A program made the translations under genes and the position numbers. A stretch of DNA of 64,000 bases, taken from assembly GCA_002269645.1 (NCBI GenBank), contig NIVC01003081.1, positions 62,001 through 126,000 of the forward strand, in the 5' to 3' direction. Each line of letters begins with the position of its first letter. Position 1 is the first letter of the stretch. This stretch comes from Macrostomum lignano (taxonomy: Eukaryota). A model generated the notes under the pieces. That model did no database searches and was not told the origin of the DNA. It saw only the letters and a program-made list of their open reading frames with translations. Below are positions 61,965 through 64,000 of the stretch, piece by piece.

Positions 61965-63427
61965 TATGCTACTTATAGTAGGCATGCATGAAAATTCAAG
62001 TAGCTTATTTAGCATTTATAAAGCTTCATTTGCCTCTGCTTTACTATCCAAAACATGGTGCTGAGTGATACCCTGGCTTCAAAACTTTAATTCCAGTGTC
62101 TCAATGTCTTTTATGGTGCAACAGTGCTCTGAATTGTGCCTCCTTGTGTGCAATCACATTGCAGTTTAGTGCAAGCAGTTACAAAAAATGTACAATTGTT
62201 GCTGCTTGCACAGGTATGCAATTTTTATGTCAAAAATCTATACTGGCCTATATCATTGTCATTGATGCCAATGGTTTATCATGCCATTTTAGTTAGCTTT
62301 TAGTATACAAGTTTAAAAGAAAATGTCAAAGGTCTGACTGTCAGTTCCTAGACATTTTGTCAACTATTATACCTTATATTGGTCACTTTGTTATGCACTA
62401 ATAAATGTAAAGCTTGGTCACTTTGTCATCTATTAATCTTAATGAACTCACCATGTGAATAGGATTGTAAGATGAAAGTGAGGGGAGATGCGCAGTGTCT
62501 AGATTCTATACAAAAACAAGTAAATGTAAACTTATTGCTATTGCTAAAAATGAGAACTTGCTACCTTTTTGTAATGATTTACATGATACAAAATTGCCAT
62601 TGAAGTGATTGCAAAATGAAATATCACCCTCTCACTTTAATTATCTAACTAGAGCCCCCAATACAATTTTAAACAAATTCACTATTTGAAGGATTATAGA
62701 CCTATTATGAAAGTGAATAGTGTAGTTCTTATTGATTCCCATAAATATACTTTCTGGCAATGGTATACATGGTATTAAAGATTAGTCTATAGATTGTACA
62801 GGTAATGAATTGACCAGGTTTGCCTGTCTAGTCCCTTCATTATTACTTAGCATTCCTAGCAATAAACAATAGGCCTACAAAAATTTGGGTGAATAGGCCC
62901 TACAATGCTACATTATTTAAGATGACATAGTAGATGACAAAGTGTCTAGGAGCCTTTTCATTAAAAAATAAAATGTGATATATTATTAATATTATTATAA
63001 GGCCTGACAAATGATCTGTAGATTATTCTTAAAGTACTATATAAAAGTATAACAAACTTAATTAAAAAATAAATAAGAATGACTAATTTTCCAAAACAAC
63101 CTATTTTAAATGAGATTTTAATAATTACACTATGAAAACTTGGCTTATGACCTATCTATATAAATATAATAGCTTGACTTTGACTATGCCTACACCATAT
63201 AGCTACAATTCCTTGACAATAATAACAGGCTGACATAATGTCAACATTAAAACATGAGTTGTACTAATTAAAAAAATTCTAGCAAAGTATAAATTAATTC
63301 CAGCAGAATGAAAAAATTCTAGCAAAGCGTACTGCGTACAGCAATCCTGCGTCCATTTTCATATTGACACATTATTTTTTTAATAACATGTCAGACCCTC
63401 AGACAGTATTTAATTTTTAGTCTAAAT

Positions 63428-63699
63428 GGGTGCGTTCGAGTGACTTAAAATGACTTAAACTGCCATTTTAACGTCCTTAGTAAAACAAATGTTAAGCAGA
63501 CTAAATGTTCAGGTTGAGTTGGAAGAAGTATAGGCGACGTTTTTTAATCTTAGACCGGTTTTAGAAATTGAATTAATTCTTAATTGTAATTTGACTATCA
63601 TTTACCTAGATTATTTTTACATTTAGTCTGCTTAACATTTGTTTTACTAAGGACGTTAAAATGGCAGTTTAAGTCATTTTAAGTCACTCGAACGCACCC
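63428..63699. mobile_element. PIF/Harbinger-type MITE (272 bp)
   Basis: 81-bp perfect TIRs beginning GGGTGCGTTCGAGTGACTTAAAATG; 3-bp TSD AAT (63425-63427 and 63700-63702). Confidence 0.9.
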
Positions 63700-64000
63700 A
63701 ATGCATGTATTTCTAAGAAAATTTATTATGAAATATTGACAACCTCCAAAATAATTTTGAGTTACTGCTAGGCTTTCAAAGTGAAGTAATATTTTAAAAG
63801 TAAAAAACCGAGCCTTAAATAACAGACATTTAGTTTTTTGTTTTACCTGATGTTTACTTTGTATATCTTAGAAAGTTAGTTTTTTAACTTGCAGAAAATA
63901 GAAATACAATGTTCATCTGTACAGTTAGTTAAGTTAAGTCCTGTAAAAAAACTAACTTCAAATAATTACGTCTAAGTCTAACCAACCTATTATTTTAAGG

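Overview
This is a 64 kb window of an intron-rich, repeat-rich animal genome, not prokaryotic DNA. Its minisatellite-filled introns and gene style suggest a free-living flatworm such as Macrostomum; that assignment is inference, not verified. Seven spliced genes can be reconstructed from splice sites and exon phases. They are a filamin+NHL TRIM2/3-like gene (+, 5' part not in view), hunchback (-), the m6A writer METTL3 (-), two tandem paralogues encoding secreted PAN/apple + LamG-like proteins (+), a hillarin/KY-like LIM + pseudo-transglutaminase gene (+) and MRPL16 (-). Two + strand genes each need one extra base to stay in frame, most likely consensus indel errors. Nearly every long intron holds its own minisatellite. 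Positions 35-43 kb are a cluster of partly nested non-autonomous DNA transposons (hAT with 8-bp TSDs, a mariner remnant). Also present are tRNA-derived SINEs (one CORE-type), a 5'-truncated RTE-like retroposon with TSD and 5' fold-back, and a Harbinger-type MITE. Most long ORFs in the supplied track are translations of tandem repeats. The best leads are the intron-specific minisatellite architecture, arrays of nuclear-receptor-type palindromes in two TRIM introns, the PAN-LamG gene pair and the TRIM-NHL/hunchback/METTL3 neighbourhood.
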